Shown here: in pieces, positions 25,782-34,568 of the stretch | Layout of the letters: each line of letters starts with the position of its first letter | How positions within the stretch are numbered: the stretch's first letter is position 1 | Origin: a candidate division WWE3 bacterium | GTDB taxonomy: Bacteria; Patescibacteriota; WWE3; 2-01-FULL-39-13 | Reading direction: 5' to 3' | Assembly (NCBI GenBank): GCA_027002375.1 | Contig: JALWZX010000035.1 | Coordinates: 1-60,483, forward strand | Length of the DNA stretch: 60,483 nt | Made by a program: the position numbers and the translations under genes | The notes under the pieces: generated by a model | What the model was told of the DNA's origin: nothing | The model's database searches: none | Seen by the model: the letters and a program-made list of their open reading frames with translations, nothing else

Positions 25782-26198
25782 ATGCGAGTGAAGAAGGTTA
25801 AAAACACAAATGCAGGTGCACTGTTGTTCATGCTATTCTTCTTAGCCAACTTCTTTCTATATAATATTATATTTCTTATCATTTCTATTACTCTTTTTGG
25901 GTTCATTTTGAACGATTTTTATTTATCATGGACAATTGGAAATATTGTAACAATAGGGATTATTTACTTGTCTATACGTTCAGCCACTCGATTCTTTTTT
26001 AAATTGTATACTGTTGAGAATCCAGAAAGGATGAAGTCTATAACAGCTTTTTTGTTTTTCGTATTCAGTTTAATCAGTTTGGTTTTTTATTATACAATTG
26101 AGTATGCACTTTTCGGTTTGTTGGGAATTATTATAGATGTTCCTATATTTTATATTATTCTAAATAATCAAGTTGACGCATACAATAAAGTTGATTAG
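25782..26198 (+). CDS. Small 4-TM membrane protein (possible distant paralog of 24157..24579)
   Basis: 138 aa with the same topology and loop motif as the 140-aa protein. Confidence 0.55.
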   Translation: MRVKKVKNTNAGALLFMLFFLANFFLYNIIFLIISITLFGFILNDFYLSWTIGNIVTIGIIYLSIRSATRFFFKLYTVENPERMKSITAFLFFVFSLISLVFYYTIEYALFGLLGIIIDVPIFYIILNNQVDAYNKVD

Positions 26199-26667
26199 GA
26201 GGGGTTAATATGTTAGTACCAGTATTGAAAACATGCTCGTGGTAAATACAAAAATAGCAGATATTTGCTTTTATTGATATAAATATTTATTTGATGATTT
26301 ATCTATAATTGTTTGGTCATTAATTGGTGAGAAAATGTACAACTAAAATAAAAGAAGTTCTCAACACGTAGCAAATAGGTCTGTAAGGGGGGGCGTAATG
26401 CAGAAGTAATATGAAATAAGGTAATCCGTAATAAATTGGTAATTTGTGTGCATGTGATATGTATTACTATTAATTAGTGGTTGTATGAGATATGATTCAG
26501 TTGTATGTGAACCAATGAAGGTATGTTTGCCCGCAACTACAAATGACTAGGTATTATATATGTGAAATTAGATAGACAGATGTTTATCTAGTAAGATGAA
26601 ATATTGATTGCGGGCTTGATTAATATAGTTATTTTTGTACGTATAGAATAAGCTTAATAGACATATT

Positions 26668-27096
26668 CTAATAGGATGGGACATATCCATGCCTGCAATC
26701 GTAATTTCCCTTTATGTATCCATTATAGAATTTGCCATAAGAATTAGCCATTTTAAACTTATACCACACGGATTTAGGAAGACCACAGTAATGATAGTAT
26801 GTTGATTTTAGCTTTATAATCATATATCTGTTCTGTGCGTCATACCAAGCTCCTCTAATGAACGAACTTCTATATGTATCCAGATATTCAAATCTGCCAT
26901 TATTTATATTTACTGGTGTATCCCTGTATTTTATCCATATATAATTATTATTGTATGTGTATTTTGAATTGTATTGTGGGCTTGCATTCGTGGTTTTTGA
27001 AGTGTTTGCAACCGTAAACAGTAGTGAAATGATAATGACAGTGCTTGATAAGAGTAGTGTAATTGTTAATATGCATCCCTTTAATAATTTAGTCAT
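26668..27096 (-). CDS. Membrane-anchored KTSC-domain protein
   Basis: AWYDAQNRYMIIKLKSTYYHYCGLPKSVWYKFKMANSYGKFYNGYIKGNY fits the KTSC pattern. Start moved to ATG 27096 because the track start at 27123 is TTG. Confidence 0.6.
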   Translation of the reverse strand: MTKLLKGCILTITLLLSSTVIIISLLFTVANTSKTTNASPQYNSKYTYNNNYIWIKYRDTPVNINNGRFEYLDTYRSSFIRGAWYDAQNRYMIIKLKSTYYHYCGLPKSVWYKFKMANSYGKFYNGYIKGNYDCRHGYVPSY

Positions 27097-27174
27097 TCTG
27101 ATATTATATGTAATATAACACAAGAATATCGGTAGTATAAATTCTTTTTATGTTAGTTATATGGTATACAGTAG

Positions 27175-27963
27175 ATGAGTACATTCACTCAAAGAAATAA
27201 AACATCGAAAGAATTCTCTGGTCCAGAAGAAGCCTCTCCCCTTTTAAGGATGAGAATAATCAGAATATATGAAAAATATACTAAATCGGTAGTTATGGAT
27301 GCATATAACGATGATTATATAAATGATAGTATGTTTTATGACGACTTGTGTATACATTTTGGTGTGAAGCCGTTTTACTACGACAGTTTAACTGATGAGG
27401 ATAGATTTGAGTATGGTGATGTGTTTGATTTTGTTGAATTGTTATATAAAAGAGCTGTTGATGAATTGAGCCACGAAAGAAGAAAGGGTGTTTTGCGTGA
27501 TATACAATACGCGTTCGAACTTTCTGGGTCTGTTTACACCTTTAGCGAAGATGGCCATGTAATACTTAATTCTGATGATTTTTTTGCAGAATTGATTGAT
27601 GATGTATATGAAACCGCTATATTAGATGATTTAGATGATTTATACAAAGATAATATAAATGGTTTAATAAACAGAACGAAGCATCCACAAAATATAATTG
27701 TTGATATGGCACAGATGTTAGAGGGGTTTTTACAAGAACATTATGATATTCAGGACAGTGGTGATGTAGATAAACTTAGAAATTATAGTGTACATCCAAC
27801 ACATATTAAGATTATAAAGAAATTATACGGTTTTCGTGGCAGTACATCAGCACATTTCAAAAAACAAAGACCAGGTGAAGCTGATGCACTTTGGTTTGTA
27901 ACAGCAGTTCTAAATGAGATTAGATATTTGAATAGCAAAAGACATGAACCTAATGTACAATAG
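27175..27963 (+). CDS. AbiJ-like protein (AbiJ-NTD-like N-terminus plus HEPN-like Rx4H C-terminus)
   Basis: N-terminus MSTFTQRNK...LLRMRIIRIY resembles the FSxRNG...LRNxLWN start of AbiJ N-terminal domains. LRNYSVH (nt 27778-27795) is an RNxxxH motif. Confidence 0.45.
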   Translation: MSTFTQRNKTSKEFSGPEEASPLLRMRIIRIYEKYTKSVVMDAYNDDYINDSMFYDDLCIHFGVKPFYYDSLTDEDRFEYGDVFDFVELLYKRAVDELSHERRKGVLRDIQYAFELSGSVYTFSEDGHVILNSDDFFAELIDDVYETAILDDLDDLYKDNINGLINRTKHPQNIIVDMAQMLEGFLQEHYDIQDSGDVDKLRNYSVHPTHIKIIKKLYGFRGSTSAHFKKQRPGEADALWFVTAVLNEIRYLNSKRHEPNVQ

Positions 27964-28083
27964 TTACAAACTCCTTAGCGAGTTCAAAAACTGTCTCATC
28001 TACAGTTCGTAACTCGTCAACTAACTGGAGCCATTTTTATAAATAGCATAATTTAATGAAGAGTATATATATAGAATTTATAC

Positions 28084-29517
28084 ATGTTATCGTGCGAACC
28101 TATCGATATTAATGACTCTGGATTTTTAAACTATCCGATTGAATCCAAGTCAATAGAATATAAAACATCTTTTGCATGGCCTGAAAAGAAAGATTTTCTT
28201 CCAGATAATCAAAAAGCACAAGAAGTTATAAGAACTATTCTTGCATTATCAAATACACGAGATGGTGGCAAAATAATTATAGGAGTGGATCAGGACAGAG
28301 AACATAAGAAACTGACCCCTGCTGGTGTATCAGAAGAGATTTTAAAAACTTATGATCATGACAGTATTTTTGAGATGGTTAGATATTTTGGAAATCCACA
28401 ACCAGAGTTCGAAACCAAGTGTCACAAATGGAAAGATATGAAGTTTATTATTTTTCATGTAGAAGGTTTTAAACAAGGCCCTGTTATAAGTAAGACAAAC
28501 ATAAAAAAGAATATAGAACAAATAAAATCTTCTGCAATATATATCCGAACTCACAAACCAGAGACAAAAGTGTTAGATAAACCCGAGGAATTATATAATT
28601 TAATGAAGTTAACTACTGAAAAGAATGCCAGATGGGTACAGGACTTATGTGTCAGTAAAAATAATAAGACTGCAAGTAAAGGATTTAAGGACAAGAAATC
28701 GCAGAAAAAAACAGCTGTAAGGACTAATGAGCAGAAACTATTTGGACAAAAGAAATCCCGTCAACCGTGTAGCACATCGTTGTTGTCGGATTTGAATGAA
28801 GACTCTGAGATTCTTGTTAATACCATTAAATCTAAAGGATATTGGATGGTTAGTGTTTACCCAATTAGTAATCATAAAAAATTGATACCCTCGAATAAGC
28901 TAGTAGATATAGTTGATAACGCTCAAGTATCGCTTCGTGGTTGGTATTATCCACACATTACTAGAAAAGAAAGTATGCCTTATAAAATTGTTGAAGGTAT
29001 TGAACATCGAACTAACTCAGGTGAATATAAGGAATTCTGGCGTATGAATACAAATGGTAACTTCTCTATCATTAAATCTTTGAAAGAAGATTGGATGTCA
29101 GATGATGTTATACAATCCTATATATTAGCCAAAGATATTAAATTGGATGGGAAATGGCTCGGTATTGTGAATGCTTTATATTCAATTACTGAGTTTTTTG
29201 AATTCGCTAGACGACTATCAATGCTTGAATTTTATGTGGCAGGGATTGTTGTTTGCATAGAATTATATGATATATACAAGAGATACCTTGTTGCCGATTC
29301 CTACAAAAAAATGCCATTTTATCCAACAAAAAAATATGTTTGTCAAGAGCAAAGGCCTTTTAGGTTTAGTTACACTTTCGAAAACAATGCTACAGACGAT
29401 TTTAGAAATAAAGCATTTGATGCATTTTTGGAGCTATTAGATTTGTTCAATTGGAAGAATATTCCTGTTGAGAATTTACGGGATGATCAAGTACAGTTCC
29501 TTGAAGGTAAGTCTTAA
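28084..29517 (+). CDS. AlbA_2 (Schlafen-like) domain protein
   Basis: ESKSIEYKTSF...VIRTILALSNTRDGGKIIIGVDQD matches the AlbA_2 signature (ES..EfK ... AfaNt.GG.l.iGv.d). The C-terminal half is unassigned. Confidence 0.55.
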   Translation: MLSCEPIDINDSGFLNYPIESKSIEYKTSFAWPEKKDFLPDNQKAQEVIRTILALSNTRDGGKIIIGVDQDREHKKLTPAGVSEEILKTYDHDSIFEMVRYFGNPQPEFETKCHKWKDMKFIIFHVEGFKQGPVISKTNIKKNIEQIKSSAIYIRTHKPETKVLDKPEELYNLMKLTTEKNARWVQDLCVSKNNKTASKGFKDKKSQKKTAVRTNEQKLFGQKKSRQPCSTSLLSDLNEDSEILVNTIKSKGYWMVSVYPISNHKKLIPSNKLVDIVDNAQVSLRGWYYPHITRKESMPYKIVEGIEHRTNSGEYKEFWRMNTNGNFSIIKSLKEDWMSDDVIQSYILAKDIKLDGKWLGIVNALYSITEFFEFARRLSMLEFYVAGIVVCIELYDIYKRYLVADSYKKMPFYPTKKYVCQEQRPFRFSYTFENNATDDFRNKAFDAFLELLDLFNWKNIPVENLRDDQVQFLEGKS

Positions 29518-29616
29518 AGTGTGTAGATTTAATCCTATCTATGGTTTGCATCTTTGTTAATTTTAGGTTTTTATTAGTTTGATATTTAGTTATGATAGTG
29601 CTATAACATACCTATA

Positions 29617-30264
29617 ATGAATCAATCTCTTACAATCTTTCTAGCAATAATATTTGGTTCTATTATAATTGCAGGTGGAATTTATTTTGGTCTTACTAGT
29701 CTTGGCAATAAAACTGTGATTTCCACCGAAGAAGAAAAAATACTAGAAAGTAGAAACTCAAGTAAAAATTTACCACCACAAGACATACCTGATTATGATA
29801 AATATGGCACGAAAAAACCTACTTCCCAAAATTCGGCAGATAGCCAGACACAAGAAAATGCAAATAAGAATGATATGGGGAATTCACAAGTTGACGTTCA
29901 GCAAGAGTCTGACCAACAGCAACCAGATGACTCTAATCAATCAGATCAGACTAAAGACATAACTTTTACTAAGACAGAATTGATAAAAGCACTAAGTGAC
30001 CAAACAGGTATAGATGAAGACAAAATAGAGTTTTCGATAGGTGATCAAGTAAAAAAAGATGACAAAATTCTTTTACAAGGAACCGTTAAAGAAAGTGGTT
30101 ACGAAGGTGGTGGCGGATTCTTTGCTGTCGTTGATGAAAACGGGGTAAAGGTTACATACTCAGGCCAAGGTGTTCCAGAATGTAAAGATATAGATCCGTA
30201 TGGGTATCCTAAAAGTTGGGCTGATTACTGTTTAGATGCAAATGGTAATCCTGTTGAAAGATAA
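29617..30264 (+). CDS. Membrane-anchored hypothetical extracytoplasmic protein
   Basis: N-terminal TM IFLAIIFGSIIIAGGIYFGL, a Q/D/S-rich linker and a small Cys-containing C-terminal domain. Confidence 0.5.
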   Translation: MNQSLTIFLAIIFGSIIIAGGIYFGLTSLGNKTVISTEEEKILESRNSSKNLPPQDIPDYDKYGTKKPTSQNSADSQTQENANKNDMGNSQVDVQQESDQQQPDDSNQSDQTKDITFTKTELIKALSDQTGIDEDKIEFSIGDQVKKDDKILLQGTVKESGYEGGGGFFAVVDENGVKVTYSGQGVPECKDIDPYGYPKSWADYCLDANGNPVER

Positions 30265-30320
30265 GCCACTTAAAGAAATCCTTAACAACCAGTACATTTA
30301 GACTGATAAAATATTTGATC

Positions 30321-30347
30321 GGTTTGCGTTTTTTTAAAACGCAAACC
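30321..30347. terminator. Bidirectional terminator-like hairpin between convergent genes
   Basis: GGTTTGCGTTTT-TTT-AAAACGCAAACC (12-bp stem). It overlaps the last codons of the ATPase gene. Confidence 0.55.
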
Positions 30348-31473
30348 TCTTCAAGTTATCCTTATTTATAACTTCAAAATCAACATTTCCATATTCTAGC
30401 CATTTTTTAGGTGGTTTTACATTTTCACCAGCTTTATATTTAATTTCATACCCAAAAAGTTTCCCCTCTCTATCTTCGACCAAATCAATTTCACTACCGT
30501 CATAAGTTCGCCAAAAATATTGTGTTGCATAAATCCTATGATATTCTCTATATTTCATTCTTTCCGAAATGACAAAATTTTCCCAAAGATGACCAAGGTC
30601 TTGCCTTTTATCAAAAGTATTAAAATTATCAATAAGTGCGTTTCTTATACCAACATCATAAAAGAAGATTTTTTTGTTTTTTGAGATTTCCCTTCGTCTA
30701 TTCTTTGAAAAAGGTGATAGCCTAAATACCACAAAACTCTTTTCTAACAAATTTATATAACGCTCCACAGTTTTCATATCAATTCCAAGCAAGCTCGATA
30801 ATTCTGTATATGAAACTTCTGATCCAATTTGAAGTGCCAACGCTTTTAACAAATCATTTAATATCTGAGGATTTCTTACTTCTTGAAACTCAAGAATATC
30901 TTTAAAAAGGTAACTAGAAGTTAATTCTTGCAACAAACGTGTTTTTTCTTCTATTGGTTTTGTTTCTAATATCTCTGGATACATACCAAATCGTAAGAAA
31001 TTCTCAATCTGCTTCATGGTTTCCAGTTGACTGGTATGCTGCAGAAATTCCTCAATACTTATTGGGTATAAATGGTAAGTAAATTTTCTGCCAGTTAACG
31101 GTTCAGATGTTGATTGTAGTAAATTTATAGTTGAAGAACCTGTTACAACTATTTGTTTAGTCTTTTTATAATTATCTACTAGCAGTTTAATTGTTATTCC
31201 TATATTGGGAATTCTTTGTGCCTCATCAATAAAAACAATTTCGTTATCACCAACGATTTGATCTAACATATTAAAGTCTTTTTTTCGCAACAGATCTGCT
31301 TCAGTCGGATTATCCGCATTTATTTTAAGGATTTTTTTATCTTTAAAATTTGCTGATATTTGGTTAAATAATGTTGTTTTTCCAACTTGTCTCGCTCCTA
31401 CTATTATAATAGCTTTTCCTTTGAAAAAATCTTTTAATATAAGTGGTTCTAAGGTTCTTGTGATAATTTTCAT
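30334..31473 (-). CDS. AAA+ ATPase of the AAA_14/DUF4143 family
   Basis: Walker A GARQVGKTTL, Walker B VFIDEAQRIPN and a C-terminal DUF4143-like region (WENFVISE...). Confidence 0.75.
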   Translation of the reverse strand: MKIITRTLEPLILKDFFKGKAIIIVGARQVGKTTLFNQISANFKDKKILKINADNPTEADLLRKKDFNMLDQIVGDNEIVFIDEAQRIPNIGITIKLLVDNYKKTKQIVVTGSSTINLLQSTSEPLTGRKFTYHLYPISIEEFLQHTSQLETMKQIENFLRFGMYPEILETKPIEEKTRLLQELTSSYLFKDILEFQEVRNPQILNDLLKALALQIGSEVSYTELSSLLGIDMKTVERYINLLEKSFVVFRLSPFSKNRRREISKNKKIFFYDVGIRNALIDNFNTFDKRQDLGHLWENFVISERMKYREYHRIYATQYFWRTYDGSEIDLVEDREGKLFGYEIKYKAGENVKPPKKWLEYGNVDFEVINKDNLKRFAF

Positions 31474-31498
31474 TAGCTGAATTATACCACAGATTTTC

Positions 31499-31562
31499 CG
31501 TAAATCAAGGATCGTACTCCGTAAATTACGCGTAAATCAAGGAGCGTATTCCTGAAATTACG
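31499..31562. repeat. Two tandem 32-bp repeats (28/32 identical) upstream of the ATPase gene
   Basis: CGTAAATCAAGGATCGTACTCCGTAAATTACG / CGTAAATCAAGGAGCGTATTCCTGAAATTACG, read directly. Confidence 0.7.
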
Positions 31563-31623
31563 CCAATTCTCGGTAGGTCTTGTTGTAATTTTCACGAAGC
31601 GTATATTAAAACTAGACAAACTT

Positions 31624-32358
31624 ATGTTTAATCAATCAAAAGCGCCAATTATATTAACAATTTTAACTGTGGCATTTGTTGGCGCGCTAGTGTTGTATGT
31701 AAATGAAAATCCAAAATCATTTTCAGTCAAACCTGCTAAAAACACAACTAATAGCATCAACCTTGATAAAAATGAAAATCAGAAAGCTGACAAACAATCT
31801 ATAAATTCCAAAGAAACGTCAAAAACAAATAATGAAAATATAGAACAATCGTCAAATCAAAAAGAAACACAAAGTGATAATGAAAAAGAATTGAATTCCA
31901 CCAAAAATAATTCGGGGGAATTCAATCAAAACACCACTGAAAAAGTATTAGTTACGCGAGTAGTAGATGGCGATACAATCGTTGTAAATTTGCATGGTGA
32001 AGATGCTAAAGTTAGACTAATTGGTATAGATACACCTGAAATACATCACCCTAAAAGGCCAGTACAATGTTTTGGATACGAGGCAAAAGATTTTTTAGAA
32101 AAGCTAATAGACCAAAAAGAAGTTAGGTTAGAAAAAGATGTTAATGACAAAGATGTATATGGAAGGTACTTAAGGTATGTTTGGTTAGATGATAACTTTA
32201 TAAACGAAACGCTTGTAAAAGAGGGATATGCTTTTGCAAAATCTTACCCACCTGACATTAAGTATCAAGAAAAGTTTAAAGAAGCTGAGCAATATGCAAG
32301 AACAAATCAAGAAGGTTTGTGGAGTTCAGAAACTTGCAATGGTAATGTTGAGAAATGA
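31624..32358 (+). CDS. Membrane-anchored thermonuclease (staphylococcal nuclease, SNase family)
   Basis: VTRVVDGDTIVV...VRLIGIDTPE...YGRYLRYVW...LVKEGYA. Has an N-terminal TM. Confidence 0.85.
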   Translation: MFNQSKAPIILTILTVAFVGALVLYVNENPKSFSVKPAKNTTNSINLDKNENQKADKQSINSKETSKTNNENIEQSSNQKETQSDNEKELNSTKNNSGEFNQNTTEKVLVTRVVDGDTIVVNLHGEDAKVRLIGIDTPEIHHPKRPVQCFGYEAKDFLEKLIDQKEVRLEKDVNDKDVYGRYLRYVWLDDNFINETLVKEGYAFAKSYPPDIKYQEKFKEAEQYARTNQEGLWSSETCNGNVEK

Positions 32359-32430
32359 AAAAATAACACAGCTATTGAATGCACCAATAAAACTATTGTG
32401 GATCATGCAAAAATATGCTGATATATAAAA

Positions 32431-33129
32431 ATGATTATAGAAACTGACGATTTCTCAAATATAAAATTCATAGTGAAACGAGAATACCCAAAGCTATCGC
32501 CAAAAATTCAAAAAGAAGTTGATAAACATTGGACCACCCTTACTAAAAAGAACAGGTATGTCTTTAATGGAAATTTATTTGGTGTTCACAACATTTACAA
32601 AACAAGCAAAAGTGAATCTAATAAATATGAAATTACATTGTGTAAAACAGACTATAAACTAGCAAGTTACATTGAAGCCACAGGTAACAACATTATTGGT
32701 GGTTTGATGGTTGGAATTACAGCAATGATTTATGAAAAGTCATCAGACACTTATGTATTTTTCAAAAGATCATCAAAAATTGTTTATTGCCCGAATAAAA
32801 TTGGCATGGTTGGAGGCGGATTTGATTATACCGATAAAAACAACATACCAGAAGAGATGCAAAAAATAATAAAAAAAGAAATTTCAGAAGAAATTATAAT
32901 AAAAGAAAATGTTAAAGATACTAATTTACGACCACGTCTAATATGGATAGATAACAAAACGTTGTCAACGGTAGTTGTATTTACGATGACAGCAGAAGTA
33001 TTAAATGTGGCAAATTGGGAAAACAGTGAAGTCGTTAGAATTCCAAAAAAGAATTTTAGTGAATATATTAAAGCTAACAAAGAAGACTTTTTTATGAAAA
33101 CCATAGAAGACATTAGTTATTTATTTTAA
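32431..33129 (+). CDS. Hypothetical protein, possibly divergent Nudix hydrolase
   Basis: EEMQKIIKKEISEEIII approximates the Nudix box E-x7-REUxEExGU, with RE changed to KE and G to I. Weak. Confidence 0.3.
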   Translation: MIIETDDFSNIKFIVKREYPKLSPKIQKEVDKHWTTLTKKNRYVFNGNLFGVHNIYKTSKSESNKYEITLCKTDYKLASYIEATGNNIIGGLMVGITAMIYEKSSDTYVFFKRSSKIVYCPNKIGMVGGGFDYTDKNNIPEEMQKIIKKEISEEIIIKENVKDTNLRPRLIWIDNKTLSTVVVFTMTAEVLNVANWENSEVVRIPKKNFSEYIKANKEDFFMKTIEDISYLF

Positions 33130-33143
33130 TTAGGGTAAATAAC

Positions 33144-33743
33144 ATGAGATCAAGAAAGCTTTTCGAAATTCCAAATAACATCACAACAATAGCATTAGAT
33201 CTTGGTGGTGTTTTATTTGAAGAACTTACACTTAATTTTGCATTTAAGCGTATCGAGCGTGACTTCGGTATTAAAGAACATGATTTAGAAAATTTGCTAA
33301 AACCTAAATATAATTCATTTTACGTAAGCGATATTACTGAAAATCAGTTTTGGTCCGATGTAGTTGAAACATATCAATTGCCTTTATCAGTTTTCAAACA
33401 GTATTATCGTGAAACAGTAGCAATCGTTCCGTTTGTTTATGTGGAAATCAAAAGTTTGTCAAAACAATTCAAGGTAATATCGTTAAACAACGAACCAAAA
33501 GAATGGATGGATTTTCGAATAAAACAATTCAACTTAAATTCTATTTTCGACTCTTATGTATGTTCTGGATATTTAGGGTACCAAAAACCAGAAGACAAAA
33601 TATTCACAAAATTTATAGAGGTGGCAGACGAAATCCCACAAAACATATATTATATTGATAATAGCGAAAACAACTTAATGGTAGCAGAAAAATTTGGGTT
33701 TAACACACATTTGTTCCAGACAATTTATCCACCACTAGATTAA
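33144..33743 (+). CDS. HAD-superfamily hydrolase
   Basis: N-terminal motif I IALDLGGVLF, a later SLNNE, and a C-terminal YIDNSENN region. Confidence 0.55.
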   Translation: MRSRKLFEIPNNITTIALDLGGVLFEELTLNFAFKRIERDFGIKEHDLENLLKPKYNSFYVSDITENQFWSDVVETYQLPLSVFKQYYRETVAIVPFVYVEIKSLSKQFKVISLNNEPKEWMDFRIKQFNLNSIFDSYVCSGYLGYQKPEDKIFTKFIEVADEIPQNIYYIDNSENNLMVAEKFGFNTHLFQTIYPPLD

Positions 33744-33760
33744 TATATTTTCAAAACCCA

Positions 33761-33821
33761 TTGACATATTATCAGTCCTTGTTAAACTACATCAATACAA
33801 ATTGATATAGTTTGCATTGAT
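33761..33821 (+). promoter_or_regulatory. Candidate sigma-70 promoter plus ArsR-type operator
   Basis: TTGACA (33761-66), 16-nt spacer, TAAACT (33783-88). This is followed by the dyad ATCAATACAAA-N9-TTTGCATTGAT (33791-33821, one mismatch) ending 6 nt before the arsR-like ATG. Confidence 0.45.
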
Positions 33822-33827
33822 ATAAGT

Positions 33828-34148
33828 ATGAAATGTTTTCGAAAAGATAACAAAAAAACATCACAATTTTTTAAAGCAGGTGCACAATTAAAGGCAGTCT
33901 CTGATGAAAATCGTTTAAAGATTATTTGTATATTAAAAGACAAAGAAGAGTGTGTATGTAATATGGCAGAATATCTAAAACTACCACAGAACTTAGTGTC
34001 ACATCATTTAAAAGTTTTAAAAGAACACAATATTGTAAGTGCGAAGAAAAAGGGTTTGATGGTTTTTTATTCACTCAATAAAAAGGAATTAGATAATATT
34101 ATTCAGTTTTTTAGTTCAATAACAAACGATGAAAAATCTAAACATTAA
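33828..34148 (+). CDS. ArsR/SmtB-family metalloregulator-type transcriptional repressor
   Basis: LKAVSDENRLKIICILKDKEECVCNMAEYLKLPQNLVSHHLKVLKEHNIV. Confidence 0.85.
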   Translation: MKCFRKDNKKTSQFFKAGAQLKAVSDENRLKIICILKDKEECVCNMAEYLKLPQNLVSHHLKVLKEHNIVSAKKKGLMVFYSLNKKELDNIIQFFSSITNDEKSKH

Positions 34149-34380
34149 GGTCTTAGGGTCTGGATGTCCAACATGCCAAGCTCTATATAACCGTGTATCA
34201 AAGGTCATTAAAGAAATTGATCCAATGCAAGATGTCGAATATATTACAGATGTAACTAAGATAGTAGAGCTTGGCATAATGAGTAGCCCAGTATTAATCA
34301 TTGATGGTCAAGTAATATCAGCGAGCAAAAAGTTAAGCGAAGATGAAATAAGAGAAGCAATTCAGTCAAAGATTGCATAA
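34129..34380 (+). CDS. Thioredoxin-fold redox-active disulfide protein 2 (TM0996/MTH895 family)
   Basis: NIKVLGSGCPTCQALYNRV...SSPVLIIDGQV. Overlaps the arsR-like gene by 20 nt. Confidence 0.8.
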   Translation: MKNLNIKVLGSGCPTCQALYNRVSKVIKEIDPMQDVEYITDVTKIVELGIMSSPVLIIDGQVISASKKLSEDEIREAIQSKIA

Positions 34381-34568
34381 ACTATATAAATAGTTCAATC
34401 ACAAGTTCAACTTAGAAAGCACGAATGTTTTCGTAGCTTTAACATATAGATCTAGCAAAAATTAGTTAAATAGTCAGTACAAGCAATTCATCAAGTATAA
34501 GTAGCATGGTAATTTAAAGCTCCTTAAGAGCAAGACTATACTGCTTAAACTTACAAAAACAACAAATT

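Larger units (their letters stand above)
17934..29580. mobile_element. Putative integrated element (integrative plasmid/phage-like island) at the 3' end of tRNA-Asn
   Basis: The serine integrase abuts the tRNA, and XRE plus Rep-like genes are present. The cargo is all hypothetical or defence-like. An 11-bp direct repeat TTTATTAGTTT occurs at 17934-17944 and 29570-29580. The right boundary is tentative. Confidence 0.4.

Noticed and set aside
31499-31562. Possible CRISPR array
   Set aside because: There are only two directly abutting 32-bp units, with no spacers and no cas genes in the window. I treat it as a tandem operator-like repeat.
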